DNA from: a virus
DNA length: 33,398 bases
Virus genome (UHGV): UHGV-0115916
Strand: one strand, 5' to 3'
The notes beneath the pieces are model-generated. The model was not told the origin of the DNA. It saw nothing but the letters and a program-made list of their open reading frames with translations, and did not search any database. Positions 1 to 13,876 of the stretch are shown piece after piece; the stretch's first letter is position 1; every line of letters begins with the position of its first letter. The translations under genes and the position numbers were made by a program.

Positions 1-49
1 TTAAGTATAGACACTACATGTTGCGTTCCGCTTGCTTAAAATCACATTT

Positions 50-769
<720 letters not shown>

Positions 770-811
770 CTACCGTACAAATTGTGTACGGGTATTTATG
801 GAATTATAGTG

Positions 812-1021
812 ATGACAGAATCACAATTTGAAACAAACTATCCACGAGATCAGTATAACTATGTACTAAAGAGTCGTCGTGAAAAAGGAAGTATGGGGCA
901 AACTGAAATCGAAGTTTTCGATATAGTATCAAAGCAGACTGGCGAAAAAATACTTACAGCTACTAGAACTGAACATACTAATTTACGTGGATTAGAAACT
1001 ACCGTTAGGTGGGAATGGTGA
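812..1021 (+). CDS. Hypothetical small protein (69 aa from ATG 812)
   Basis: The track ORF begins at a GTG (728) that would overlap the methyltransferase start; the first ATG is at 812. No recognisable motif; ends just before a hairpin terminator. May be spurious. Confidence 0.3.
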   Translation: MTESQFETNYPRDQYNYVLKSRREKGSMGQTEIEVFDIVSKQTGEKILTATRTEHTNLRGLETTVRWEW

Positions 1022-1023
1022 AT

Positions 1024-1054
1024 AAAAAAGCCCGTATTCGGCTACGGGCTTTTA
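1024..1054. terminator. Bidirectional intrinsic terminator hairpin
   Basis: A-run, 8-bp stem AGCCCGTA (1029-1036) / TACGGGCT (1043-1050), 6-nt loop, then T-run; lies between convergent ORFs. Confidence 0.6.
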
Positions 1055-1055
1055 T

Positions 1056-1796
1056 TCATTTATTTGATTCGAAGATATCGAAAATTGATGAATCATTGAT
1101 ATTTAAATTCTCAAACTCATTGTGTAAATCTTCTTTTAGCCTGATGATTTCACTAGAAAGGTCATAAGCTATAGATACATGTGGATTGTCAGTCAAATTC
1201 CATGTTAAATCCTCAAACTCTTTAACTTCATTGTCATTTATAGTAATACCCCAATAACCCATTATTATAGTTAGAAGGGTGATAAGTTCTGTTTGTTTAG
1301 AATTAATTTGTTCAAACTGCTTTAAGATTTTTGAAAAACTATCTTTATTATGAGGTTTAACACTCCATCCCAAAATTTTCAATTTACTATATTCGCTAAT
1401 CAAATCTCTATAGTTTTTTGAAGATAACCCTATTACACTATCAAAAGATTTAATAAGACCATGCATAACTTTAACTTGTGTAAAACGCACCGACTTTGTA
1501 TCGATTAAACAACATAACCATCTATTAAATGTATTTTCTAATATTGTAATTGTGAATTGCTTTTGTGTATTAGGTAAATGTGTAGATAAAATATTTGAAG
1601 AATGTTCAATAGCTAATTCTTGAGTAGCATCTCTTTTCCAGTTTTTAGCAATCAAAAAACCTTTATATGCAACAAAAGCCATAAAAATATTTGCTATTGA
1701 TGAAAGCCAGTCGGCAAGACTTCCAATATCAGAATGGGTTCCATATAAAATTAAAACTGATATAAAACCTAAAATCACATAAGGAATCTTTTTCAT
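1056..1796 (-). CDS. Signal-anchored membrane protein, paralogue of the 26826..27536 product
   Basis: 246 aa; N-terminal hydrophobic helix (ILGFISVLILYG), then DIGSLADWLSS motif and a second hydrophobic stretch, matching DLGSLADWISS in the 26826..27536 protein; C-terminal region diverged. Confidence 0.6.
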   Translation of the reverse strand: MKKIPYVILGFISVLILYGTHSDIGSLADWLSSIANIFMAFVAYKGFLIAKNWKRDATQELAIEHSSNILSTHLPNTQKQFTITILENTFNRWLCCLIDTKSVRFTQVKVMHGLIKSFDSVIGLSSKNYRDLISEYSKLKILGWSVKPHNKDSFSKILKQFEQINSKQTELITLLTIIMGYWGITINDNEVKEFEDLTWNLTDNPHVSIAYDLSSEIIRLKEDLHNEFENLNINDSSIFDIFESNK

Positions 1797-1856
1797 GAAT
1801 CCATCTCATAGTAAAAAAAACAATGTTAAATCACAATCTGCGACTATACAACAAAA

Positions 1857-2150
1857 TTAGCTTCCACCGACCATAATCAAAAGCACCTGTAAAAGTTGCC
1901 CTAGCGGTACTTGGATTACTGCGATACCGAACGCATCCAGTACAGGTACTATAATCCAGTTATAGAGAATGATTAGTGTCAGTACAAAACCTAGTGCATT
2001 ACGCCAGTGAAATGATGCTCTTTCAATCTCTTCTTTGTTTACTTCTATTTGCCCTTCGGCGTTAGTTTTCTGTGCTTCTTTTTCAACTGTTTTTTTCTTT
2101 ATGAAAAAATCCATACCAGATTTTATTAGTTCTACTAAGATACTAATCAC
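1857..2150 (-). CDS. Small membrane protein with two C-terminal hydrophobic helices (holin candidate)
   Basis: 97 aa; charged N-terminus, then LGFVLTLIILYNWIIVPVL and LGQLLQVLLIMVGG hydrophobic segments; sits in the lysis-proximal part of the late region. Confidence 0.4.
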   Translation of the reverse strand: MISILVELIKSGMDFFIKKKTVEKEAQKTNAEGQIEVNKEEIERASFHWRNALGFVLTLIILYNWIIVPVLDAFGIAVIQVPLGQLLQVLLIMVGGS

Positions 2151-2467
2151 GGTTTTACTCCTACTACGTATTGATAGAATTTCTTACCCTTAACACTAAG
2201 CATATGGGAATCAAGTAGTACAACTTCAAAAGGAATACTGTTGTATACCCATTCTAATGTATCTCCATCATTCCACTGTGTTTGGCGATAGCTAAAGACA
2301 ATATTCATATACGTCTTAGTATCTGGTGCTAGGGTTTTAATCTTCTTTTTGATTTTTTTATTATCTAACTGGAATAGATCAAACTGATAGGAGTTACCAA
2401 AAGGTTGTACTCCATCTAATGTAATCTTATCCACTTCTTCCCCATAGTGATGTTCTTCTAAATTCAT
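2147..2467 (-). CDS. Hypothetical protein
   Basis: 106-aa ORF with 4-nt overlap to the downstream gene (translational coupling); no motif recognised. Confidence 0.5.
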   Translation of the reverse strand: MNLEEHHYGEEVDKITLDGVQPFGNSYQFDLFQLDNKKIKKKIKTLAPDTKTYMNIVFSYRQTQWNDGDTLEWVYNSIPFEVVLLDSHMLSVKGKKFYQYVVGVKP

Positions 2468-2470
2468 AAC

Positions 2471-3973
<1,503 letters not shown>

Positions 3974-4006
3974 GAAAAGGGGCATTTTAAGCCCCTTTAT
4001 TTTTTT
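3974..4006 (+). terminator. Intrinsic terminator after the endolysin gene
   Basis: 8-bp stem AAAGGGGC (3976-3983) / GCCCCTTT (3991-3998), 7-nt loop, then ATTTTTTTC; overlaps the 3' end of the convergent ORF 3987..4262. Confidence 0.55.
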
Positions 4007-4262
4007 CAAGAATCGCTAATACGCGTTCTAATTTCACATCAACAATATGAATTTTAGAGCTTAGATCTTTAAGGCTACTCTCTAAATCATCTTGCCCTTT
4101 CTCCAGTCTCGCTACATCAGTTTTAACGTGTGTTAAATCTGATTCTAATTTAGCTAAACGAGAAGAAAGATCTTCTACATCGGCGGTTTTATCACGGAAT
4201 ATACTCCATAAAAAACCACCTGCGGCAATTACCACCGCTGCGATACTCTCCCATCCTGTCAT
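3987..4262 (-). CDS. Type-II membrane protein with coiled-coil domain (i-spanin-like or lysis accessory protein)
   Basis: 91 aa; N-terminal hydrophobic helix IAAVVIAAGGFLWSIF followed by heptad-like charged repeats (LAKLESDLTHVKTDVARLEKGQDDLESSLKDL); no o-spanin partner identified. Confidence 0.45.
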   Translation of the reverse strand: MTGWESIAAVVIAAGGFLWSIFRDKTADVEDLSSRLAKLESDLTHVKTDVARLEKGQDDLESSLKDLSSKIHIVDVKLERVLAILEKNKGA

Positions 4263-4311
4263 TTATTATCCTTAATATAGTTATTGTAGTTACTATTATT
4301 TATTTTAGTTA

Positions 4312-4959
4312 CTAATAACCAGTAAATGAGGCTAACGCTATTTGTACTTGTGCTGAACCCATAGCCTGTGTATATGACATTTGATATCTATTTACATATT
4401 GAAGAGTGAAAGAAGTAGAGCTATTACGCTTAATCAAAATTCCAGAATAACCCGTTACCGTACCATCATCAGACACGTTACCCACACATTGAGAAATGCA
4501 AATCCACGGATCAGCAAATGGTGATGTAACTGTAAGGGCTGTGCCTAAGTCGTGCCCTGCTGGAATAGTAAAGAAACCGCGTACACGTGGCATAGTACCA
4601 GCACTTGCCGCTGACCAGATAAGAGTACCAGCACTATTACGTACATCGAGATACCCAGAAGTTAAGGCCGCTGTATTGTTGGATAGCATAAAACGCCCTG
4701 TACCCGCTTCATAGAGCTGTGCACCGGGAAAGCAGTACCTACCATTACTTTGTAGTTGAAACCAGCGTAGGCCGTTTGCAGTGAAGAAATTAGCCCCTAA
4801 AAACCCTAGTGTAGAGCCATTACCAAAAGATGAGTTAATTAGATAGTACCCTGTATCGCTTAGAGTACCCATAGCTTTTACTTGAGATGATACCGTAGCT
4901 CTATTATCTGAATCGATTGTTAATTTACCTGCATCATTATAACATTGAAAACCTGACAT
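4312..4959 (-). CDS. Tail fibre-associated protein (possible receptor-binding or fibre assembly protein)
   Basis: 215 aa, Gly/Ser/Thr-rich; N-terminus MSGFQCYNDAGKLTIDSD is homologous to the N-terminus of the adjacent 4968..5261 product; lies downstream of the J-like gene. Confidence 0.5.
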   Translation of the reverse strand: MSGFQCYNDAGKLTIDSDNRATVSSQVKAMGTLSDTGYYLINSSFGNGSTLGFLGANFFTANGLRWFQLQSNGRYCFPGAQLYEAGTGRFMLSNNTAALTSGYLDVRNSAGTLIWSAASAGTMPRVRGFFTIPAGHDLGTALTVTSPFADPWICISQCVGNVSDDGTVTGYSGILIKRNSSTSFTLQYVNRYQMSYTQAMGSAQVQIALASFTGY

Positions 4960-4967
4960 ATATTCCT

Positions 4968-5261
4968 TTACTCAAAAGCATACAATTCAAACGATAGAGT
5001 ACGTGCGGATATACCACCTGTGGGGGTATAGCGTACTGAAAAGCTATTAGTTTGAGGTACACAATAAAACTCACTAAAATTATTTGTTACTGGGATAATT
5101 AGCCAACCTGTAGGACGTACACCCGTAAAATTAACTGTCCATACGTTTGTAGTACCTGCTGCAATTGCTAATGAAGCCGTACCCATAAAACGCATATTGT
5201 AATCACCTAGATCTACTACAAGCCTACCGGATGCATCCCAGCATTGTAGACCTTGTGCCAT
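4968..5261 (-). CDS. Tail fibre-associated small protein (paralogous N-terminus to the 4312..4959 product)
   Basis: 97 aa; N-terminus MAQGLQCWDASGRLVVDLGD parallels MSGFQCYNDAGKLTIDSD. Confidence 0.5.
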   Translation of the reverse strand: MAQGLQCWDASGRLVVDLGDYNMRFMGTASLAIAAGTTNVWTVNFTGVRPTGWLIIPVTNNFSEFYCVPQTNSFSVRYTPTGGISARTLSFELYAFE

Positions 5262-5434
5262 TATTCACCACCCTGTGTATTATCGTTCTGTACTAATAGT
5301 TTGGGTAGGTCATCCCATGAATGATTACCAGACTTAAGAATTAAAAACCCTTCGGCCTCTGCCATTTCTACATCGTCTGCTGTGAGCATTAAGCCCATAA
5401 TCTGACCTTCTGAATTATAGATAAAATTGTACAT
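5261..5434 (-). CDS. Hypothetical small protein (57 aa; not in the ORF track)
   Basis: ATG at 5434 preceded by AGGAGA RBS; TAATG stop/start overlap with the 4968..5261 gene; translated by hand as MYNFIYNSEGQIMGLMLTADDVEMAEAEGFLILKSGNHSWDDLPKLLVQNDNTQGGE. Confidence 0.35.
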   Translation of the reverse strand: MYNFIYNSEGQIMGLMLTADDVEMAEAEGFLILKSGNHSWDDLPKLLVQNDNTQGGE

Positions 5435-5487
5435 TTAAATATCTCCTAAAATAAAATGGGGAAGGTTAATCTCCTCCCCATTATTTA

Positions 5488-9178
<3,691 letters not shown>

Positions 9179-9802
9179 CTACTTCATTTTCCATTCTTGG
9201 TTTGCTTGGTTTACCTGTCCTAGTAAACTCATAAATTCATCTCCCGGATAATAAGACTGATAGACACTATTACTTGCAATAGTACGTGTCTGTACGTCTA
9301 ACTTCTGGAATATACTGTTTATATTTACTGTAAGTTCGGTTGTTTTATTATTGGGATCTGCTACTGCTTGGCAATAGTCAATATACCCGCTAAACATTAA
9401 CATTTGATAAATCGGTGTGGTTGTATAGGGATCAAGGATAACCATAATGATATTTACTTTAGCCTTGAATAGACCACCCGATAGAGCTAACATCTGTACA
9501 CTATTATCAATATTACTTACTTTGAAGTTGATAGAGTTATTGCTAATTCCCTTTTCTTCATTAAATGCTGGTAGTGAGTCCTGAATAATATCAGGGAATG
9601 ATTGATAGACTACGCTATTAAGTTCTAAGTTTTTAAATGCATCAGTCCAGTGAATACCATTTTGATTACGGGGGAATACATCAAAACACGTTACATGCTG
9701 CCCTAAACTCATTACTTCTTGAATGGTTAATTCTGTCCTATTACCACCTCTTGTAAGATTCCAGTACTTAAGTAGATTTGGATTAGTTAGTAAATCATCC
9801 AT
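9179..9802 (-). CDS. Minor tail protein (gpL position)
   Basis: 207 aa; gene order tape measure - minor tail proteins - J-like as in lambda-type tails. Confidence 0.5.
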   Translation of the reverse strand: MDDLLTNPNLLKYWNLTRGGNRTELTIQEVMSLGQHVTCFDVFPRNQNGIHWTDAFKNLELNSVVYQSFPDIIQDSLPAFNEEKGISNNSINFKVSNIDNSVQMLALSGGLFKAKVNIIMVILDPYTTTPIYQMLMFSGYIDYCQAVADPNNKTTELTVNINSIFQKLDVQTRTIASNSVYQSYYPGDEFMSLLGQVNQANQEWKMK

Positions 9803-9803
9803 A

Positions 9804-10355
9804 TTATAGATTCTCCGTTGCCTTTAGTTTTAGTGTTACTACATTCGTGATAGGCGTCTTATATTCGTTATCTGCATCTAATACGGCGGTAAGTTGAATA
9901 TTATTGTACTTAATGATTTCCCCTGCCTGTACGCTGGAACGTAGAGCCGGGAATACAGTAATAGAAGTATTAGTACGGTCGATAATGCGATAGATTTTAG
10001 TATGATTGGTGAATTGAACCATATCACCCACACCTAGTAACTGTGAGTTAGTTGTGATTTGGATTGATCCCGCTGCTACTGCGTTTGTACTGGATACTGC
10101 ACCAGTTTGTGTACCTGTGTATTTTGATAGGTGTCCTAAGTCCATAGGGAAAGGCTTACCTAGTGAATATGTAGAAATGAAATTATCCACTTGGCGACGG
10201 TCTTTAATGTTATATGTTAGTGTAAATTCAACTTCATAGTATTGAATACCCGTTGCACGTTGTAACTTTTGCCCCGTCCATGATTGGTGTTCATACATTG
10301 GCTGTACGCTATTTAAAGTAACACCAGATACTTTAATTGCATTTGTAAAATTCAT
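9804..10355 (-). CDS. Minor / distal tail protein (gpM position)
   Basis: 183 aa; first gene after the tape measure gene. Confidence 0.5.
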   Translation of the reverse strand: MNFTNAIKVSGVTLNSVQPMYEHQSWTGQKLQRATGIQYYEVEFTLTYNIKDRRQVDNFISTYSLGKPFPMDLGHLSKYTGTQTGAVSSTNAVAAGSIQITTNSQLLGVGDMVQFTNHTKIYRIIDRTNTSITVFPALRSSVQAGEIIKYNNIQLTAVLDADNEYKTPITNVVTLKLKATENL

Positions 10356-10393
10356 ATATATTTCCTCTTGGGTTGTATGATGTATTTATATAA

Positions 10394-10418
10394 GAAAAGG
10401 GGCATAACGCCCCCTTTC
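10394..10418 (-). terminator. Hairpin (attenuator-like) between the tape measure and distal tail genes
   Basis: 10-bp stem 10394-10403 / 10409-10418 with a 5-nt loop; the single A-C mismatch on the plus strand becomes a G-U pair in the minus-strand RNA; followed on the minus strand by a U/A-rich tract. Confidence 0.35.
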
Positions 10419-10420
10419 AA

Positions 10421-12604
10421 TTATGAGTTTCTTCTCTGAGAATCACGTACAGCCTGTACAACACTGTTTTGATATTTCTTTAGATTAGCCTGAAATTGTT
10501 TATCATCGCTCATGCCGTAGTTATACATAGGGGCATTTACGATAATATCGCCACCACCAGTACCGTTACCGTTGCTATCTTGATTATCTAAGAATTGAGT
10601 TAGTTTCTTATTAGCCTCTGGTTGTACTACACGTTCACCCGCTTTAAGTACAAATGACTTATCATTATAGCTTGCAGGAAGGTTATCTACGCCGCCGTGG
10701 AATTGACCGCTATTAGATGCACCTTTTGCTGTACTGATAATACTCATACCCATACCTGCAATCTGTGCATATGCCGCTAGGTTCTGTGGGAAACCTAAAG
10801 ATAGTGCACTTGCTAACGCCTCTTGAATCTTCATAATGGTCATAGAGATGGTAATACCCTTCTGTACTGCATAGAACGCCTGAGCCGCCCCGGATGACTC
10901 ACCAAAAGCCGCCGCCATACCATCACCGATCTGTGTCATTGCAGATTCAGAAGTAGATAGAATATTCATGTACTCTTGATTCTGAATCTGTAGTGCTTTA
11001 GTTGCGTACTGTGCTGTAATTGCCGCCTTACGCTTTTCAAAAGATTCTTTATCCTGAATTAGCAATTCATTCTGTTTTAGAATTGCATCTCTTTCTTCTT
11101 GCATACGTTCCATATCGTAAGAAGTGGTATCAAGTCCTAAAGATTGATCAAGTTGATTTCCTAAGTAATTAGACTGTTGTTTATTTAGATCACCGTTCGC
11201 AAGTAAAGCATTTTGATCTAGTGTCTGTTGGTTAGGGTTACTATAACCAATCATCTGATTGATCATATTAAGTCTACCCGCCGCCCCTGCTGTTAGTTGG
11301 TCGTTTAGTAATTCCTGTAGTTTTACATCAGATAAGCCTAATGTTTTTGCACTCTTCTTAATTACGTTTACGATTTCGTTTTGCTGGCGTTTGAATTCTG
11401 CTAACTGACGTTCATTAGTACCTTCAGTCTGATCTACAAGTACCTTATCTAATGCGGCCTGTGCTGCAATGCGTTGTTGTGCTGCTTTAGCCTGTTCGCT
11501 GGCTGCTGCTTTAGCCGCTGCCGCTGCTGCCTTAGCTGCTTTCTCTGCGGCCTTTTTAGGATCTTCTAATGGTGTCCATGCTGCGTTACCACGTGGGTTA
11601 GTTACTGTGGCTTTACCAGTTGGTAAATTACTATTCAGTACAGGCATGTTATTTTTATTCTTTTCGGCGTTAGCTTGATCAATTAATGCAAGTGCATCAT
11701 CACCTAAGCCAAAACCTAAGCCCATTGATTTTAGAAGTTTACTAAAGCTGGCTGCTCGGTTCATTTGAGTTTCCCAAAATCCCTTTGCTGTATCACCTTC
11801 TTTCATTGCTGCAATGAATTCATTAGTAGCAGATACAATAGGGTTTAATGTTTCAATCAAATATTCCTGGCCTGTATCCAGTAGAGTACGTAGATTATTA
11901 TCGAATTCTTCATAGGCTTTAGCTTGATCTTCACTAACTGCTACAGTTTGTTTTTTAATATTCGCCATTGCTTCAGAGTAACTATTAAATTCACTGAGTA
12001 CTCCAGTTAGACGGGAACCATTACTAGCTACTGCTTCCATTGCATAGGTTATTTCTGCTTGTGTTTTTCCTGCATCTCTCATTTTATAATAGAGATCTAC
12101 CATTGCTTCAATACCGCCATTGGCTTTACCTACATATTTTGTAAAGTCATTAACGTTTAAACCCATCTCTTTTACGACGGTAATAAACTCACCTGTACCC
12201 GCTGCGTACCCCTCACCCATTTTATCGGATGTATCTTGCGAAATATCCGCTAGACCTTCTGCATCTATACCAGTTTGTCTAAATGCCTTTTGTAGTTTCT
12301 GTAGGTCGGTTACTGATATACCAGATCGTGTAGAAAGTTGATTTAATTCACGTACTAACCCGTTAACCTTAAGTACAAGTGCACCTACTGCCGTTCCTGC
12401 ACCTAGTGCTACTGCGGAAATACCACCGATACCCGTTGAAAGTTTCCCGAATACTTGAGAAGTATTAGATGCAAAACCACCTAATGATCCCCCGGCTTTT
12501 TTACCGAATGCATCTACTCTTTGTTCTGCCTGTTGTAGTGCTTTAGATAGTCCTGTACTGTCACCATCTATTTCTACTTTAATTTTTTCGTTCTTCCTTG
12601 CCAT
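10421..12604 (-). CDS. Tail tape measure protein
   Basis: 727 aa, largely helical/Ala-Lys-Gln-rich with AAEKAAKAAAAAAKAAASEQAKAAQQRIAAQAA; immediately downstream of the G/GT chaperone genes; TAATG overlap with the upstream ORF. Confidence 0.8.
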   Translation of the reverse strand: MARKNEKIKVEIDGDSTGLSKALQQAEQRVDAFGKKAGGSLGGFASNTSQVFGKLSTGIGGISAVALGAGTAVGALVLKVNGLVRELNQLSTRSGISVTDLQKLQKAFRQTGIDAEGLADISQDTSDKMGEGYAAGTGEFITVVKEMGLNVNDFTKYVGKANGGIEAMVDLYYKMRDAGKTQAEITYAMEAVASNGSRLTGVLSEFNSYSEAMANIKKQTVAVSEDQAKAYEEFDNNLRTLLDTGQEYLIETLNPIVSATNEFIAAMKEGDTAKGFWETQMNRAASFSKLLKSMGLGFGLGDDALALIDQANAEKNKNNMPVLNSNLPTGKATVTNPRGNAAWTPLEDPKKAAEKAAKAAAAAAKAAASEQAKAAQQRIAAQAALDKVLVDQTEGTNERQLAEFKRQQNEIVNVIKKSAKTLGLSDVKLQELLNDQLTAGAAGRLNMINQMIGYSNPNQQTLDQNALLANGDLNKQQSNYLGNQLDQSLGLDTTSYDMERMQEERDAILKQNELLIQDKESFEKRKAAITAQYATKALQIQNQEYMNILSTSESAMTQIGDGMAAAFGESSGAAQAFYAVQKGITISMTIMKIQEALASALSLGFPQNLAAYAQIAGMGMSIISTAKGASNSGQFHGGVDNLPASYNDKSFVLKAGERVVQPEANKKLTQFLDNQDSNGNGTGGGDIIVNAPMYNYGMSDDKQFQANLKKYQNSVVQAVRDSQRRNS

Positions 12605-12939
12605 TACTTTTTACCCTTTTTAATAGCCATGTTTTTAATCATCTCCCCAATAGAATTAATCTCCTGAGCTTGATTATTAATTTTTTGTTGTTCCCTTTTT
12701 AATCTACGCTCTTTTGTAGTTAGAGAATCATCGAGCATATCCATGAAATCAAAATCACTGTACTTAAGGGTTTTCTTATAATTGGCTGGTAAGTTTGGAT
12801 TGTACATAGCCATTAGATAACAAGTATGAGTATGATAAAGCATATCCATTTTTTCTTGCTTACTACTCATACAAGATTTATAAACTTCTAATGCTTGGAA
12901 TAAATCAGGATCTATATTCTCCATTTCGTCAATACTCAT
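12604..12939 (-). CDS. Tail assembly chaperone T segment (expressed as G-T fusion by -1 frameshift)
   Basis: 111-aa ORF in the -1 frame relative to G; the frame is open by hand translation from the slippery site through this ORF (…KKIIEDHELRTYLDLICTRGMSIDEMEN…). Confidence 0.6.
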   Translation of the reverse strand: MSIDEMENIDPDLFQALEVYKSCMSSKQEKMDMLYHTHTCYLMAMYNPNLPANYKKTLKYSDFDFMDMLDDSLTTKERRLKREQQKINNQAQEINSIGEMIKNMAIKKGKK

Positions 12940-12989
12940 ACCCCTAGTACAGATAAGATCTAGATATGTGCGTAGTTCGTGATCCTCAA

Positions 12990-13289
12990 TTATTTTTTTT
13001 CGATTTCGTCCACTACATCAGATTCTTTATATAGATCCATAATAGCCATATATATTTTTGCTACTACTTCAGAATCGAGTACATTTAGGTTTACACGACC
13101 TTCAATATCTTCAGTACTGAAAATTGGATCACCGATTTCATCACAAGTACATACGGATACGCATTCCATAGGATCGGTTAGTTTAGAAATATCTTTTGCA
13201 CGTGCACGGTGAATATATAGATCAATACCTTCAATACTATAAGTGTGTTTCTTTGGTGCTAGTTTGTTTAATACATCCTGTAGGTTCAT
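12990..13289 (-). CDS. Tail assembly chaperone G
   Basis: 99-aa acidic protein between the major tail protein and tape measure genes; ends in the slippery A-run. Confidence 0.65.
   Translation of the reverse strand: MNLQDVLNKLAPKKHTYSIEGIDLYIHRARAKDISKLTDPMECVSVCTCDEIGDPIFSTEDIEGRVNLNVLDSEVVAKIYMAIMDLYKESDVVDEIEKK
12993..12999 (-). other. Putative -1 programmed ribosomal frameshift slippery heptamer A_AAA_AAA
   Basis: Eight consecutive A on the minus strand (12993-13000) read GAA AAA AAA TAA in the G frame; a -1 slip enters the open T frame. Confidence 0.55.
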
Positions 13290-13300
13290 TATAATTTCCT

Positions 13301-13335
13301 TTTATTATTGTAAAAAAATAGGGCGATAGAAAATA
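13301..13335 (-). terminator. Intrinsic terminator / attenuator after the major tail protein gene
   Basis: 10-bp stem 13310-13319 / 13326-13335 with a 6-nt loop; the one plus-strand mismatch is a G-U pair in the minus-strand RNA; followed on the minus strand by AUUUUUUUA. Confidence 0.55.
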
Positions 13336-13351
13336 CTATCACCCTTATTTA

Positions 13352-13810
13352 TTATTCTTTTGGTAGTAAACCAGATTCGATAGCTGCACCATCAACCGCT
13401 AGATTAAACGATTTGGTAACTACTGCGTCTTTATCACCAGCGATAGTTGTAGAACTAACGAAACATGTATAGACAACATAGCAGCCTGTAGTTTCAGTAG
13501 CGTCTGTGTAGTAACTTAGACGAATCTGACAACGCTTCTGCTCATCTGCTAGTGTTTCTAGCAATTGGTGTGTCTCGTTATCTGGAAGATAGTTAACTTG
13601 TAGTTCAATATCTGGAATTGATTTAGTACCTAATAGTTTACGGTTATAAGCACTATTGAATGTGACTACATCGATTACAACTGATTCAAAACCTGAAGTA
13701 GTGAAAGAGGCAACTTCTGGTACTTCTTTAAAGTCAGTAGCTAGGGTAGTACCCGCACTTGTACCTACTTCAACTTTTAAATTAGCACCTGAAAAGATAT
13801 CCATTGGCAT
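13352..13810 (-). CDS. Major tail (tube) protein
   Basis: 152 aa; directly upstream of G/GT and the tape measure; homologous to the N-terminal domain of the 13877..16903 product. Confidence 0.7.
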   Translation of the reverse strand: MPMDIFSGANLKVEVGTSAGTTLATDFKEVPEVASFTTSGFESVVIDVVTFNSAYNRKLLGTKSIPDIELQVNYLPDNETHQLLETLADEQKRCQIRLSYYTDATETTGCYVVYTCFVSSTTIAGDKDAVVTKSFNLAVDGAAIESGLLPKE

Positions 13811-13876
13811 TTTTATATTTCCTTATATAAGTTTATTTCTAGTAGGGCAAGAATCCTTTCTTACCCTACGTTGTAT

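Noticed and set aside
11469-11678. Plus-strand 69-aa Ala-rich ORF
   Set aside because: Antisense to the tape measure gene; it mirrors the Ala/Lys-rich repeat of the real gene.
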